Of a stretch of DNA of 64,000 bases, positions 24,988 to 39,269 are shown piece after piece. Source of the DNA: Eledone cirrhosa (Eukaryota); contig OZ024752.1 in assembly GCA_964016885.1 (NCBI GenBank), forward strand, positions 24,056,001 through 24,120,000. The letters are read 5' to 3'. The number at the start of each line of letters is the position of its first letter. Positions within the stretch are counted from its first letter, which is position 1. The notes below the pieces were generated by a model. It saw only the letters and a program-made list of their open reading frames with translations, was not told the DNA's origin and made no database searches. The position numbers were made by a program, and so were the translations under genes.

Positions 24988-27900
24988 ATGCCACCAAAGT
25001 CTCAACAAAACAACAACTCACTGAACCAGGACATCTTAAATGAACTCAAAGAGATTTCCTCTAAACTCTCAATTTTGACCAACAAAGTGGACCAAATACA
25101 CATCTATAAAAAAGGACCCCACGAAGAAACAGAAAATATCCAAGAGACGAATATTACTCCAGTATTAACTAAGCTAATCGAAACCATTGAAACAGCAATG
25201 CTCCAAAAGCTGGAACAACCGTTAGAACCCAATCTACGAGATGTCCACTTAGTGAAAAACACCCTAATCAACATATGGACTCAAAAGCTCACAGCCCGCA
25301 AATTCGCCGTTTGGAATCTCCTAAAAAATAATGGCAAGGCAGACATATATGAAAAGTGGCTAAACTCTACCCCAATCATCCTCCCCAAAAAACTCCAAAT
25401 AAAACCCATCCCGAATGAACCAGAAAACCAACAAAGACTTAGGGAAAAGATGGCATTGGAAAAATTTAAAACAGAAATAGAACTGTTGCGATTAAGAGCC
25501 AACTCCAACAAAGAAAAATTCAAGTCACTCGACCAACAGATGGACACAGAAATCTCAAAGCACTCTGAAGGCCTACTCTACAAAAAAACCCTAAAACTTT
25601 GGAAAGAAAACTGTGAGGATGAAGAACTAACATCCCTCCAGCGATGGGAAAAAAACGCCACCTGGTTCAACAACTACGAAATGGACTTCAAAAATGAACA
25701 ACATACAGGTAACCCATTTTTAAAACAAACTAAAACTCACACACCACATGCACAACAAATAACAAAAAAAGTAACAAAACGTCCAACATACCCCCAGCAA
25801 AACTATACGATAATCCCAGAAACCATAGACAAAACTATAACCCTACTAACAAAAACCAAAGATCCCCGAACACAAGGCAGGACCTGATCCGCAGATCACA
25901 ACCCACACAAAACCTATTCCCAAACCGTAGACCCCTGCCCACACAGAGCCTGTTCCAAAACCGTAGATCCCAACCCACACAAAGGAACAAAATCTACAAC
26001 CCGGACTATCAACAAACCGAACCTCAATACGTCCGAAACTTCTATACAAGACCACACAACAACAGGGGAAATACCATTAGATATAATAATACCATTGAAA
26101 AAACATTCCAGAAAAATCATTTTTTAGATCAAGGCTACAGGACTCACGACACCCGGTGGCACAAACCGATTTTGAAAAACCGAAAATAATTAACCTTTCA
26201 AATACAAACCTCTCAGCCCAACAAGTAAAAATTCTCTCCAAAGGACTGAAATTCACACCAACACCACAATACTCTAACCCCAATGAGATAAATGACGATA
26301 TCTCACACTTCTGTAGAAAATTACGTCTCACAGAGGAATTCTTTGACAAGGAGAATAACGACGAATCAATTGTACGGAATAAAAGCTACAACCCAACAAA
26401 AGGTAGAAACAGAGTTCTGGACAAATCTTGTGACCACATAGCTACCTTCCCATACCATGAACTACCGCAACCTAAACCCAAACCCAACACGAGTCGAAGG
26501 GAATGGGAGATTATCCATGAACTAAAAAACAATACGGACATTATAATTAAGGAAGCGGACAAGGGAAGTACTGTTGTCATTATGGAGGCTGAAAAATATA
26601 AAAATTCTATGTTCTCTCTCTTACAAAATACTAATTACTATGAAAGAGTAATTTATCGATACCAGGAAGACCTAACTAAAAAGGAACGCGATTATTTAAC
26701 AAATTTTGAATACAAAACCAGCAACTTTTACGGACTTCCGAAGATCCACAAGTGTAAAATAATCAACGATGCCTGTAAACAATCCACCTCAGCCTGCGTG
26801 AACACACAATACCCCATAGACCTTAAATTAAGACCAATTGTAGCGGGCCCACAATGTGAAACACACAGACTGAGCAACTTTATAGACATACTACTAAAAC
26901 CAATACTGAAACACATACCAAGCCTTGTAAGAGACGATCTGGACCTCTTAAACCACCTCCCCAAACATGTCAACAACGACACTATTATTGTGTCTTTCGA
27001 TGTAGTGAATCTCTACACAACGATCCCACACCAATACGGACTAGAAGCAATAGGATTCTGGCTAGAGAAATATCCCAATGAGATACCTGACAGAATAGAA
27101 AAAAGCTTCATCACCGAGGGATTAAAATTCATCTCACAGAACAACTTTTTTGATTTCGATGGCAATACTTACAAATATCGGGGACTGCGATGGGTACAAA
27201 AGCCGCTCCAACTTATGCCAACTTAGTCATGGCATACTTAGAAGTCCAGATATATGAACAGTCCAAATCAAAATACGGATTGAACTTCCACAAATATTTA
27301 TCAGAGAATTGGAAACGCTACTTGGATGATTGCCTCATTCTTTGGTCCCACACACTTGACCAACTGAAGGATTTCAAAAACTTAATAAACGGCATCAATA
27401 ACCACATCCAATTCACAATGGAATACAGCCAAGATCAACTCCCATTTCTGGACATCTTAATCTTAAAAAAAGACACAAATATCGAAACTGACATACACTA
27501 CAAACCAACAGATTCTAAACAATATCTGCTATTCACCTCCAACCATCCAAAGCACACAAAGACGAACATTCCTTTTAACCTAGCAAGAAGAATTTGCACA
27601 ATTGTCTCCAATTATGAAACGCGAAATAAAAAACTTCAAGAATTAAAGGAAATTCTACTCGAGAGAGAGTACCCACTATTACTAATAAATAATGGAATAG
27701 AAAGGGCAATAGGCATTGATGAATTACGGAAACAGAAACAAATTCAAGGTACGTCCAATATTCTATCATATATCTTAACACACAACCCAAGAAATGCGGA
27801 AACTTACAACACTATTCACAAGAACATCCCACTACTAAAACAAAACCCAAGAATGAAAAAAGCCCTTGAAACACACAAAATAATCAAAAGCAAAAGACAA

Positions 27901-28344
27901 CCAAAATCACTGAAAACATTACTCACCAATGCCAAATTACCTACCACAAACCCACAACCAAGTATAAAAAAATGTGGTCGCTCTAATTGTGGAACCTGCA
28001 CTCACCTCATTGAAGGCAACACGTATACATTTAAATCAGGACAAAATTTTACTGTAAAAAATCACTTCACTTGCTCATCAAAAAATCTAATTTATGCCAT
28101 TAAATGTAAAGGATGCAATGAAGATTATATAGGACAAACTAAACTCACACTCAGAAACAGAATGACAGTTCATCGCCAACAATTACGAGATCCAACCACG
28201 AGACAGATACCACTAAGTGCACATCTAGACATTTGCGCAAGTAATAAGACACCCAAATTCCAAGTCTTCCCATTTTACCTTTGTGTTAACAATACAACAG
28301 AACAAATACGAATAAATAAAGAAAATGTTTATTCAAAAATATAG
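24988..28344 (+). pseudogene. PLE ORF (N-terminal region, RT, GIY-YIG), frameshifted
   Basis: NLS..LSKGLKFTP, ADKG, YGLPKIHK, RPIV, FDVVNLYT, MGT, RYLDD, CGRSNCGTC, LIYAIKC..YIGQT. Confidence 0.9.
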
Positions 28345-29651
28345 ACCAGCATTAAATATGGTTTAATATACATTATGTCAACACCATAATATGACATACA
28401 CACACACACACATAACACCTTCTACTTTAGATAATAAAAACCCGAACTAAATAAACCTTAACATACGCTTGCACTGACAATACGAATAAGTAAGGAAAAT
28501 ATATTCATTCAAAAATATTCCTACTAAAGGAATCATTTTCCTACACACACACAATATATATATATTCTCTTCATCTTAACATGCTAACCATACTCCCACA
28601 CACATAACACCCATACACACACATAACAACCCCCACACCCACATCTCCCTCCCGCATTTCTACTAATAGAACCACTTTCCTACACACATATATACACACA
28701 CACAAAATATATATTCTCTCCATCTTAACATACTCGCACACACACACATAACACCCATATACACACACACACAACTCCCTCCCCATTTCTACTAATAGAA
28801 TCATCTTCCAATACACACATACACACACACACACAAGCACACAAATAAACATACATATCTTTACTTCAATAGAAAATCTGAACTCTGACACCCCAGCGAA
28901 CTAACCATATTCACTGAACCAGAACAATTCTCCCAATCCCATTTCTCTTGACCACTATCTTTCCCTTGTCATAACATTCTCTATAAAGGCTACAGAATAG
29001 ATTTCCAAATAAGGGCGCAAAAATGTAATGAAAACTTGTTCACGTGACAGCCAAATTTCATTTATAACCAATCAAATCACGTTTATTAAAAAAAAGCCCT
29101 CGTGAGCCACCTTTTTTTTACGTAAAGAAATTCAAACACACACACACACACAAGCACACAAATAAACATACATATCTTTACTTTCTTTATTCAATAGAAA
29201 ATCTGAATTCTGACACCCCAGCGAACTAACCATATTCACTGAACCAGAACAATTCTCCCATCCCTTTCTCTTGACCATTATCTTTCACTTATCATAAAAT
29301 TCTCTAAAAAGGCTACAGAATGGATTTCCAAATAAGGGCATGAAAATTTGTTCACGTGACAGCCATAATTTCATTTATAACCAACCAAAAAAAAGCCTTC
29401 GTGAGCCCCTTTTTTCAAGTAAAAAGAAATTCAAACACTCATATATGAAAAAACAACCTGTGACAACCCCCCTCTTATTTGAAGAACTATTGTAACGCGA
29501 ACTGGCGCGAAATTTATTATAATTATTGACAAACCAATCAAATTACTTCTCGAAAAACCTGGCATTTCGAGCCACTTTTTCCATATAAAACAAATAACAT
29601 TCAGAGACCAACCAGATGTAAGAAAAACCACAGACCCTCCATCTCAACTCA

Positions 29652-29689
29652 CCCTTTGAAAAGCAGAAGAACTGCGAAACCGGTAAAGG
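29652..29689 (+). ncRNA. Minimal type I hammerhead, U3-A8 variant (mutated twin at 24785-24822)
   Basis: CCCT-TTGAAAA-GCAG-AAGAA-CTGC-GAAA-CCGG-TA-AAGG; twin has perfect stem I CCTT/AAGG. Confidence 0.68.
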
Positions 29690-29831
29690 AACCAAATAAA
29701 TATATATATTTTTTTTAAAAATAAGACTCTAGTTGGATTTTCGATTTCATCTCTTTTTCTTTATACTTTCACTCGTGTAGGACACCTCGGTTATTTTTCA
29801 TTTTGTAAAAAAAACCTCACTTTCTAATATA

Positions 29832-29890
<59 letters not shown>

Positions 29891-29891
29891 A

Positions 29892-29923
<32 letters not shown>

Positions 29924-30171
29924 CATATACATATATATTTGTCTCCTTCTTCCTCACTTTCTGTTGCTTCACCATTTTGTTTGTTTACCCTCGCGTCCCC
30001 TTTATTTATGTGTCCCAACGACTTTTTTTAGCCGTTGCTCGCACCAACCGGAGGTATATGGTCTTTAAAGCGATGAAATGCCTATGATAGTTGGAAGATC
30101 ACTGATGAAGGACAAACTTTTTTCATATGTAACCCATTTGCAACTCCGCAGCGCCCTTATTATCATATTTA

Positions 30172-30947
<776 letters not shown>

Positions 30948-31552
30948 ATGATATTAAATAAATGGAAACTATATTTATAAAACCATATTTATTTTATATA
31001 TATTTCAAGGGTACCAAAACACATTGGTACACTTTCTTCAGATAAAATACAAAGTTTGTTTTATAAATAGGGACATACCTAGGAAAAACATACGTTATCA
31101 GTTGGATATTCTCTGGATAGTGAAATATGTTAGGGATTTTTCAAGCTTATGGGTGAATATGCAAATGAATATGTGAGTAATTGGAAAACAACCGTTTATT
31201 TAAACGACTATGGAGAGATAGAAGAGGGAAAAGAGAAGGACAAAATAGAGAGAGAGAGAGAGAGAGGGAGAGAAGAAGGAAAAATAGCGAATATCCAACT
31301 GATAACGTATGATTTTCCTGGGTATGTCTCTATTTATAAAACAAACTGTGTATTTTATCTGAAGAAAGTGTACCAATGTGTTTTGGTACCCTTGAAATAT
31401 ATATAATAAAATAAATATGGTTTTATAAATATAGTTTCCATTTATTTAATATCATTGAATATTTACTCCAGAAATTGTTGAGTGCTCTAAATCAGTTATA
31501 AATATTTATATTTATATTTGTCGGATTTCCAACAAATTAAATACTCCTTCTA

Positions 31553-31556
<4 letters not shown>
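30948..31556. mobile_element. Family A inverted pair with ~170-bp spacer
   Basis: Minus arm 30948-~31120 (HHR with small deletion), plus arm ~31290-31556 with HHR at 31351-31413. Confidence 0.82.
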
Positions 31557-31611
<55 letters not shown>

Positions 31612-31615
<4 letters not shown>

Positions 31616-32372
31616 TTGTTTAACGTCCATCTTCCACGCTGCCATACTTTTCAAGCCTGCTTTTTGACCTTGATTGTCTCCTCCAGCTTATTGTTCCACC
31701 TCCAAGTTACTCTTCTCCTGCCTATAGGTCTGCTCCAGCCACAGATTTCATCCATCGCTTTCAGCAGGTTCACTTTCAAGAATTCCCATTGTTCCTCTAT
31801 ATTGCACGTCTTTAATTGCTCTTCCTTATTGTCAAAGGCATCAAGTAATAAGCTTTTAAATTTGGCACTGTGGGGTCCTTCAACTTCCATATTCTTCTCC
31901 TCAAGGTAGGCCTCCTCTGTCGTCGAGTATGTCTATTTGAGTATGTCTATTCCTGACTATGAGGTCACTAACTACTAGGCTATGTTGGAGGTGCATTCTT
32001 CATGGGGGAGGGGTTTAGTGTTTACAACAGACACTTTGTCACGTCTTCTAGTAAGGATATAATCTATCTGGCTGGCGCGTTCCCCTGATCTTTAGGTGAT
32101 CAAGTGGTTTTCACGTTTTTTGAAGTTTGTGTTACAGATAGTTAGGTTACTAGTGTCACAGAATTCCAGGATTCTGAAGCCTTTCTCATTCTATTTCCAA
32201 CCCCATAGCCTCCATGGATTCCATCATAGCCATCACTATGTTGTCCAACGTGACCGTTTAGGTCACCAGCAATAATTATGTAGTCACTGTTGGTTATTTG
32301 GGAGGTAGTGAGCATTAGCGACTCATAGAACCTGTCTTTTATTACATTAGGTAGGCCAGATTGGGGTGCATA
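31612..32372 (-). mobile_element. RTE deletion derivative: APE endonuclease segment fused to the 3' tail
   Basis: YAPQ, IIAGDLNGHVG, GYG, SQIDYIL motifs; joined to GCGTGGAAGATGGACGTTAAA tail. Confidence 0.8.
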
Positions 32373-32501
32373 TATATATATTGTACACATACAAACACAC
32401 GTGTCTGTGTATATGTGTGTGTGTGTGTGTGTGTCCTGGGTTCAATCTGAGGTAACCACAGTAAGTAAGGTACTCAATACATTGTAAAGTATAAATATTT
32501 A

Positions 32502-32618
32502 ATATAGAAATGGCTTCTACAGGACTAGAACTGTTTCATTCGAAGGAAATCCTCAGGAAAGCCCTGATGATTTCCTTTGATTGAAACAGTTCTATTCCTG
32601 TAGAAGCCATTTCTATAT
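32502..32618. repeat. 117-bp palindrome of two hammerhead halves
   Basis: Minus arm TTTC-CTGAGGA-TTTCCTTCGAAT-GAAACAG..CTGT-A-GAAG (32514-32560); plus arm CTGATGA..GAAACAG..CTGTA with truncated stem I. Confidence 0.72.
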
Positions 32619-34148
32619 CTCTATATAAAATTCTTTGTCTTTTTGTCTGTCTGTTTGTCTGTTCCTATGCATTCTCAAACAGCTGGACAAAATCAAATCA
32701 AATTTTACAAGGTAATAGTATTAGACGCCGGGATAGTCAACATGTCATTTTTATTTTGATTTGGATTAAAACAATATATTTTATCTAAAATATCCTTACT
32801 GTAGTGAACTATAGTAAACCACGATGACGTCACATTTTGTATTTGTGTGTGTATGTGTCTGTGAGTGTGTGTGTGTTTGTGAGTTTGTTACTACGTAAGT
32901 TGCATACACATTATCTTCACACACACATCTACACATACAGATATATATGTGATGACAGGTGTGTGTGAATGTATGTCTTAGTGTATGTATGTGTAAGTGT
33001 ATATGTGTATGTATGTGAGAGTATGTCAAAGTGTGTGTGTTTGAGTGTATGTGTGATAATTTTTATTTCCATTTGGATTAAAACAATAGAGAACAACACA
33101 CCAATGTCCTATGTTGGATATGAATATGTATGTGTCTGTGTGTGTGTATGTGTGTATATATGAATATGTATGTGTCTGTGTGTATGTGTGTGTGTGTATA
33201 TGAATATGTATGTGTCTGTGTGTGTGTGTATATGAATATGTATGTGTCTGTGAGTGTGTGTTGTGTGTGTGTGTATCATCATCATCATCATCATTTTATG
33301 TCCGCTTTTCCCTGCTTGCAAGGGTGGGACGGAAACTGATTCTGGCTTGATTTCTACAGCTGGATGCCCTTCCTAACACCAACCTCATTTATAGTGAGTG
33401 TTGGGTGCTTTTTTGCCGTGGCACCTCCACGACCACTTTGCAGTGGAATGATAGGGACCCCAGTTCCTATTATCTCATTTCTACAGCTGAGTAAACTGGA
33501 GCAATGTGAAATAAAGTGTCTTGCTCAAGGAAACGACACTGAGAATTGAACACACAACCTTTCGATTGCAAGACCAATGCTCTAACCACTAAGCCACGTG
33601 CCTCCATGTGTATATGAATATGTATGTGTCTGTGAGTGTGTGTGTGTTCATTAGGTATGTTATTAAATACACACACATCTACATATGTAGCGACTGACCA
33701 AAAATAAGGTGAAAAGCTGTGTGTGTGTCTGTGTGTCTGTCTTAGTATATGTATGTGAGAGTGTATGTCTGTGTGTCTGTCTTAGTATATGTATGTGAGA
33801 GTGTATGTCTGTGTGTCTGTCTTAGTATATGTATATGAGAGTGAATGTGTATGTGTGTGTCTGTCTTAGTATATGTATGTGAGAGTGTATGTGTGTGAGT
33901 GTGTAGCAACAATTTATTCATTTGGACACCAACAAAAAATTACACAATTAATATTGTTTACCCTAAGGTGCTTCAAGATTGACAGATTTTCATTTCTAAA
34001 TTCTATTATCATTACAATTTTGATATTTTAAAATTAAATATAGATATTTTGAAATAATTATGAGAAAAAAAAAAGATCTTCATATTTATTGTTTACTTAT
34101 ATGAATAAGAACAGCAGTAAGTCAGGCAACGCCGGGTAATTCAGCTAG
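32618..34148 (+). mobile_element. Non-autonomous Helitron with nested RTE tail, SINE and microsatellites
   Basis: A|TCTCTATATAAA start with (TCTG)n; GGCAACGCCGGG hairpin remnant; CTAG|T end. Confidence 0.68.
33475..33605 (-). mobile_element. tRNA-derived SINE
   Basis: Box A TGGCTTAGTGG, box B GTTCAATTC, body CCTTGAGCAAGACACTTTATTTCACATTGCTCCAG. Confidence 0.8.
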
Positions 34149-34200
34149 TATTATATATATGCTTTTAAAATCCAAATTCAATAAACAGAACAGGATTTTT

Positions 34201-34244
34201 TCATTCTGATGATTGAAAGCTTTTAAGAAACCACTGGTAAATGG
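34201..34244 (+). ncRNA. Minimal type I hammerhead ribozyme
   Basis: TCATT-CTGATGA-TTGAAAGCTTTTAA-GAAA-CCACTGG-TA-AATGG, in a ~120-bp segment ending in (TA)n. Confidence 0.78.
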
Positions 34245-34278
34245 AATAATTGCCTTATGTTGTTTATTACATAACTAG

Positions 34279-34342
<64 letters not shown>

Positions 34343-34759
34343 TTCTAGTATTAGTTGTATAACGCTTTCTGTATCAAATACGGATATTGTTCGATGAAAC
34401 AAATCCACCCATTTAAAAAGGTTCCTATTTCAGTTAAAATCTTCCAACATAATTTTATACAAGAACCACATGTTAAGTTACTAATAAAATAATTAATAAT
34501 TAAAAACTTGAGTAAATCCTTCCAATGATATCTCAGTAATGAAATAATTAATAATTGTAATAAATACCTCAAAATCCCTCATTAATTAAACCCAAGACAG
34601 GTAAAAACTCCAGTCTTTCAGTCGGACATGAAACAAATTCATTTCTAATGGAAGAAGAAAAGATTTTAAAGTCAGCCAAGGGAGATTACTCTCAGCGAAT
34701 TATTGTAAATCTTGTTCGTGAATTAATCCGGGTTAAGTCATTCCGGTGTATTTTGTGTG

Positions 34760-35073
34760 GAGGGCACCGGGTTTAGGCGGTGATAGCGCGTAATTCACGA
34801 ACGTATGGTTTGTGAGTACGAATCCCAGACCTGGCAGCCTGTACGTTGGGGCCTTGAACAAGACACATTATTTCTCATTGTTTTATTTCACCCAGCTGGC
34901 AAAAATAATATGTACCAGTAATTATAGTTACATAGAATTGTCACACCGAATCAATGTCACAAGTGTCAATGAAATACTCAGACACATTATAATATAAGAT
35001 GGGTTCTACAAGTATTTCAAAGGGAAGCCATGTCACACGTCTCGCTGAATCTCCCTGAGAACTATGTATATAC
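34760..35073 (+). mobile_element. Diverged tRNA-derived SINE
   Basis: tRNA-like head, CCTTGAACAAGACACATTATTTC body, GCTGAATCTCCCTGAGAACTA segment shared with ~45460-45850 (-). Confidence 0.65.
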
Positions 35074-35333
35074 TAGTGGTTATCAGACATAGTGTACCTA
35101 GGACTACATTATCTAATGTACAGTATAGTGGCTATCAGACATAGTGTACCTAGAACTACATTATCTAATGTACAGTATAGTGACTATCAGACATAGTGTA
35201 CCTAGGACTACATTATATAATGTACAGTACAGTGGCTATCAGACATAGTGTATCTAGGACTACATTATATAATGTACAGTACTGTGGCTATCAGACATAG
35301 TGTACCTAGGACTACATTATCTAATGTACAGTA
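35074..35333. repeat. 52-bp minisatellite, 5 copies
   Basis: TAGTGGCTATCAGACATAGTGTACCTAGGACTACATTATCTAATGTACAGTA. Confidence 0.92.
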
Positions 35334-35837
35334 CAGTAGTTAGTATTTGTGGCTATCATTAATATAGACTCTCAAGTAAATCTTTGTCAACTTACCTCCT
35401 TCAGATATAATCAATGTGTTGTGTTGTTAATTTTTACTAACCAAAGAAATAATCTCTTTGTTATCAAATTAGAAGTTTCAAATATGTTATCAGCTTTATT
35501 TCACGACATTAACGTTGATGTATCTTCTTCATCTTAGTCATAAATTGATATCTTGTCAGAATGAAGTAACGAGGCTGACTTTATGTCTTTGATAGGAAAT
35601 ATATATATATATATAAGGTTGATATGTGGTCTAAAATATATATATTGTCTATAAATGACTGATAGCAGATGTTCTGGTGAAATAGTAGTTTTACAACTAC
35701 AGATTGTAATGGAACTCTTAGTAGACACAATTGTAAAGTAAGAATAGATATGACAGTGTAAGACTGATGTCGGGGAATTAAAATTGTGTGTATATATATA
35801 TAATTGTTACACAAGATATAATTAGATTAATTAAAGT

Positions 35838-36010
35838 TATAATTGTTTCTACTTTAGGCACAAGGCCAGAAATTATCCAGTGCATTACTGGTACTTTATT
35901 TTATCGACCCCGTAAGGATGAAAGGCAAAGTCAACCTCAGCGGGATTTGAACTCAGATCGTAAAGGGACGTAACTATGCTGGAAAGCATGGCGTACGACC
36001 CTCTACCGGT
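35838..36010 (-). mobile_element. tRNA-derived SINE (second family)
   Basis: Box B GTTCAAATCC, central GACTTTGCCTTTCATCCTTACGGGGTCGATAAAAT. Confidence 0.75.
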
Positions 36011-36544
36011 TATAATTAAAGTTATAATGAAGACAGCAGATACCTGATGTCGTTGACAATGTTTCACCTCTCTTACCGGTGTCATACGTTAAAAGTCCCT
36101 GATATGATTCTAAACATTTAGACACAATCCCATTCGTATCTAATCGATGGGAAATCATAAAGTATCACTCAGTAAAATATTAATTATATATCTATACGAA
36201 AACTTCTACATGGTCACTCACCCTGCTAGAATTAGAAGTGAAATTATCATCTATTTGCCAGGCACTTAGCATAAACTTTACTGGGGAGGTTTAACATCTA
36301 GCCTCCTCCACTAGTTCCTACAACCTGTAAGGGTTGTGATGTTCCAGGTTCCAACTGTTAAGGTGTGCTCCCTTCCATACCCTCTTTGGGGTCTCGGGAT
36401 ATGCAACCTTTGTGCGTCCATCCCACGCCTCCCAGGACAGGATGCAGGAGCACCACAAGTTTTTGCAATATATTTTTCCAACAGGCCCCTCTACTTAAGG
36501 CCTGGACATGTCCCTTATTAACCCACACAAAGGGAAGTGTGGTA

Positions 36545-37925
36545 TGGCTTTTCTGCAGAAACAGAAGTTGGAATCAAAAGGTTTGAGAGAAAACTTAGCC
36601 AAACCTAATATAATAGTAAGTAGGAAAGAAGACAGGACCTTGATTCCCACAGGGAAGTGGCCCTGTTCAATATTTAGAAAAGAAGTAGGCATAAACTCTA
36701 TACAATGTGCACAATGTAGACATAAACTCTATACAATGTACACAATGTAGGTATAAACTCTATACAATGTGCACAATGTAGACATAAACTCTATACAATG
36801 TACACAATCTAGGTATAAACTATATACAATGTACACAATGTAGACATAAACTCTATACAATGTACACAATGTAAATCTTGGATACACAAGTGATGTAGTG
36901 GGATATCGGGTAAGCTAACAGGAAGGGAAGATTTTGTATGTAAAAGATACACAGGGGTAATTGAGGAGAAGCGCGTCAATGATATAAGCCTTTTCCAATC
37001 ACAGAAAGGATCCATAGAAGTGGTTGATAGCTTCTGTTATCTAGGTGACTAAATTAGCAGTGGAGGAGGGTACCCTGAGAACATAATAGCTAGAATAAGG
37101 AGAGGATGGGGGAAGTTTAGAAAGCTACTCCCACTGTTGATAAAAGTTTTCGCCTTATGTACAAAAGGATGACTGTATGATGTCTGTGTGTGAATTGTGA
37201 TGCTACATGGTAGTGAAACATGGGCAGTGACTGCAGAGGATATGTGGTTCTACATGGTAGTGAAACATGGGCTGTGACTACAGAGGATATGTGGTGCTAC
37301 ATGGTAGTGAAACATGGGCAGTGACTGCAGAGGATATGTGGTGCTACATGGTAGTGAAACATGGGCAGTGACTACAGAGGATATGTGGTGCTACATGGTA
37401 GTGAAACATGGGCAGTGACTGCAGAGGATATGTGATGCTACATGGTAGTGAAACATGGGCTGTGACTACAGAGGATATGTGGTGCTACATGGTAGTGAAA
37501 CATGGGTTGTGACTGCAGAGGATATGAATTGTCTTGAAAGAAATGAAGCAGCCATGCTTCAGTGGATGTGCAATCCAAATGTGCAAGAAAGACAGAGCTT
37601 GGATGAACTGAGGGAGAAACTGGGTTTAAGAGGAATCCGAAGTGGTGTGCAAGACAGAAGACTGTGTTGGTATGGACATTTGATGTACATAGATGATGAT
37701 CATTGGGTGAAGAAGTGCCAGGGAATCCCAGTGGAACAAAGCTACAGTAGAGGTAGATCAAGAAAGACCTGGACAGAGGTGATGAAAGCTGATCTCAAAT
37801 TACTGAGATTCACAGAGGAGATGACAAAGGAATGGGGAAAGTGGAGAGATGTTGTGCTGAAATGGACCCATCCAACCCATGCAAGTATTGGAAAACTGTT
37901 GTAAAAACGATAATGATGATGATGA
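36545..37925 (+). mobile_element. Decayed RTE LINE containing two internal minisatellite expansions
   Basis: LESKGL..GKWPCS, VDSFCYLG, HGSETW, LCWYGH, (GAT)n; 31-bp x6 at 36687-36872 and 47-bp x7 at 37196-37524. Confidence 0.85.
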
Positions 37926-38336
37926 TATATATGATGCTGTTTGCAAGAGAGGAGATTACATTGATATGGACATGTGATGTGTATAAAGGATGATGGCAGT
38001 ATACAAAGGTGCAGCTTACTCAAAGTTGATGGAAGCTATGGAGTAGACTTGGGATGAGGTGATAAAAGCTGACTTTGCACAATTACACATCTCAAAAGTG
38101 ATGACACAGGATTGAGATATCTGGTGTTATGTATATAGGCATGGTTAAAATATACATCTAGTATGCACATCCTACCATACACTCCCCCTTTCCCCCAATT
38201 CCCACAGCCTAATACACCTCCCTCTACCCATGTCCTAACACTCCACATACACCCTAACACTCCACCCTTCACCAGATAAGTGTCCCACATTAAATCAGCC
38301 TCTCCAATCCCATACACATCACTCACCCTAGCCTCT

Positions 38337-38845
38337 AGTCCACACTGTAATTTGGTGCCACAACTGGAAACAGTCCACACTGTAAAGTAGTCATTTTGGT
38401 GGCACAATAAATAGTACCCTGTCCACACTGTAAAGTAGTCATTTTGGTGCCACAATAAATAGTACCCAGTCCACACTGTAAAGTAGTCATTTTGGTGCCA
38501 TGATAGTACCCAGTCCACACTGTAAAGTAGTCATTTTGGTGCCATGATAGTACCCAGTCCACACTGTAAAGTAGTCATTTTGGTGCCATGATAGTACCTA
38601 GTCCACACTGTAAAGTAGTCATTTTGGTGCCATGATAGTACCCAGTCCACACTGTAAAGTAGTCATTTTGGTGCCACAATAAATAGTACTCAGTCCACAC
38701 TGTAAAGTAGTCTTTTTGGTGCCATGATAGTACCTAGTCCACACAATAAAGTAGTCATTTTGGTGCCATGATAGTACCTAGTCCACACTGTAAAGTAGTC
38801 ATTTTGGTGATACTGCAGAAAGCACCCAGTACACACTGTAAAGTA
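38337..38845. repeat. 44/48-bp minisatellite (~11 copies) from RTE 3' UTR
   Basis: CAGTCCACACTGTAAAGTAGTCATTTTGGTGCCATGATAGTACC; flanked by RTE ORF end and tail (37930-38980). Confidence 0.9.
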
Positions 38846-39269
38846 GTTGGCGTTATGAAGGGAATCCAGTCATGGAAACCAAGATACGGTCATCTGATCT
38901 GAATTGTCTCATAATAGGACAACTCATCTAACATGGAAAAATGGACGTTAAACAGTGATGATGATGATAATGATGATGATTTAAATCTACGGTGCTGAGA
39001 CCACAAATTAGGGGAGTACTCTATTGATGTGAAGAAGTAGAGTGGGTATATAGGAAGGTAAAAACATACCTGTGACATGAGTGTGTAACCTAGTAGTTAG
39101 TGACTTTATAGTTATGACTAGAGGAACTTAGAGACATAGGGCAACCTGGAGAAGAAGAATATGGAAGATAAAGGAGCTCTCAGCCAGTAACAAATTGAGA
39201 GATATTTTGTTTGACACTTTTCACTGTAAAGAAGAAGATATAGAGACTCACAACATAGAGGAGGTGTTG

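Larger units (their letters stand above)
24328..29827 (+). mobile_element. Near full-length Penelope-like element (Neptune-type) with ~620-bp direct pLTRs
   Basis: Direct repeats 24328-24960 and 29212-29827, extra partial copy ~28888-29140; 3' end in (TA)n. Confidence 0.9.

Noticed and set aside
30072-30120. Permuted (type II) hammerhead GAAA-TGCC-TA-TGAT..ATCA-CTGATGA
   Set aside because: Stem II does not pair and stem III is mismatched
37196-38845. CRISPR-like regular repeats (also 7295-7967, 35074-35333)
   Set aside because: Units are contiguous with no unique spacers, derive from LINE/SINE sequence, no cas genes, eukaryotic context
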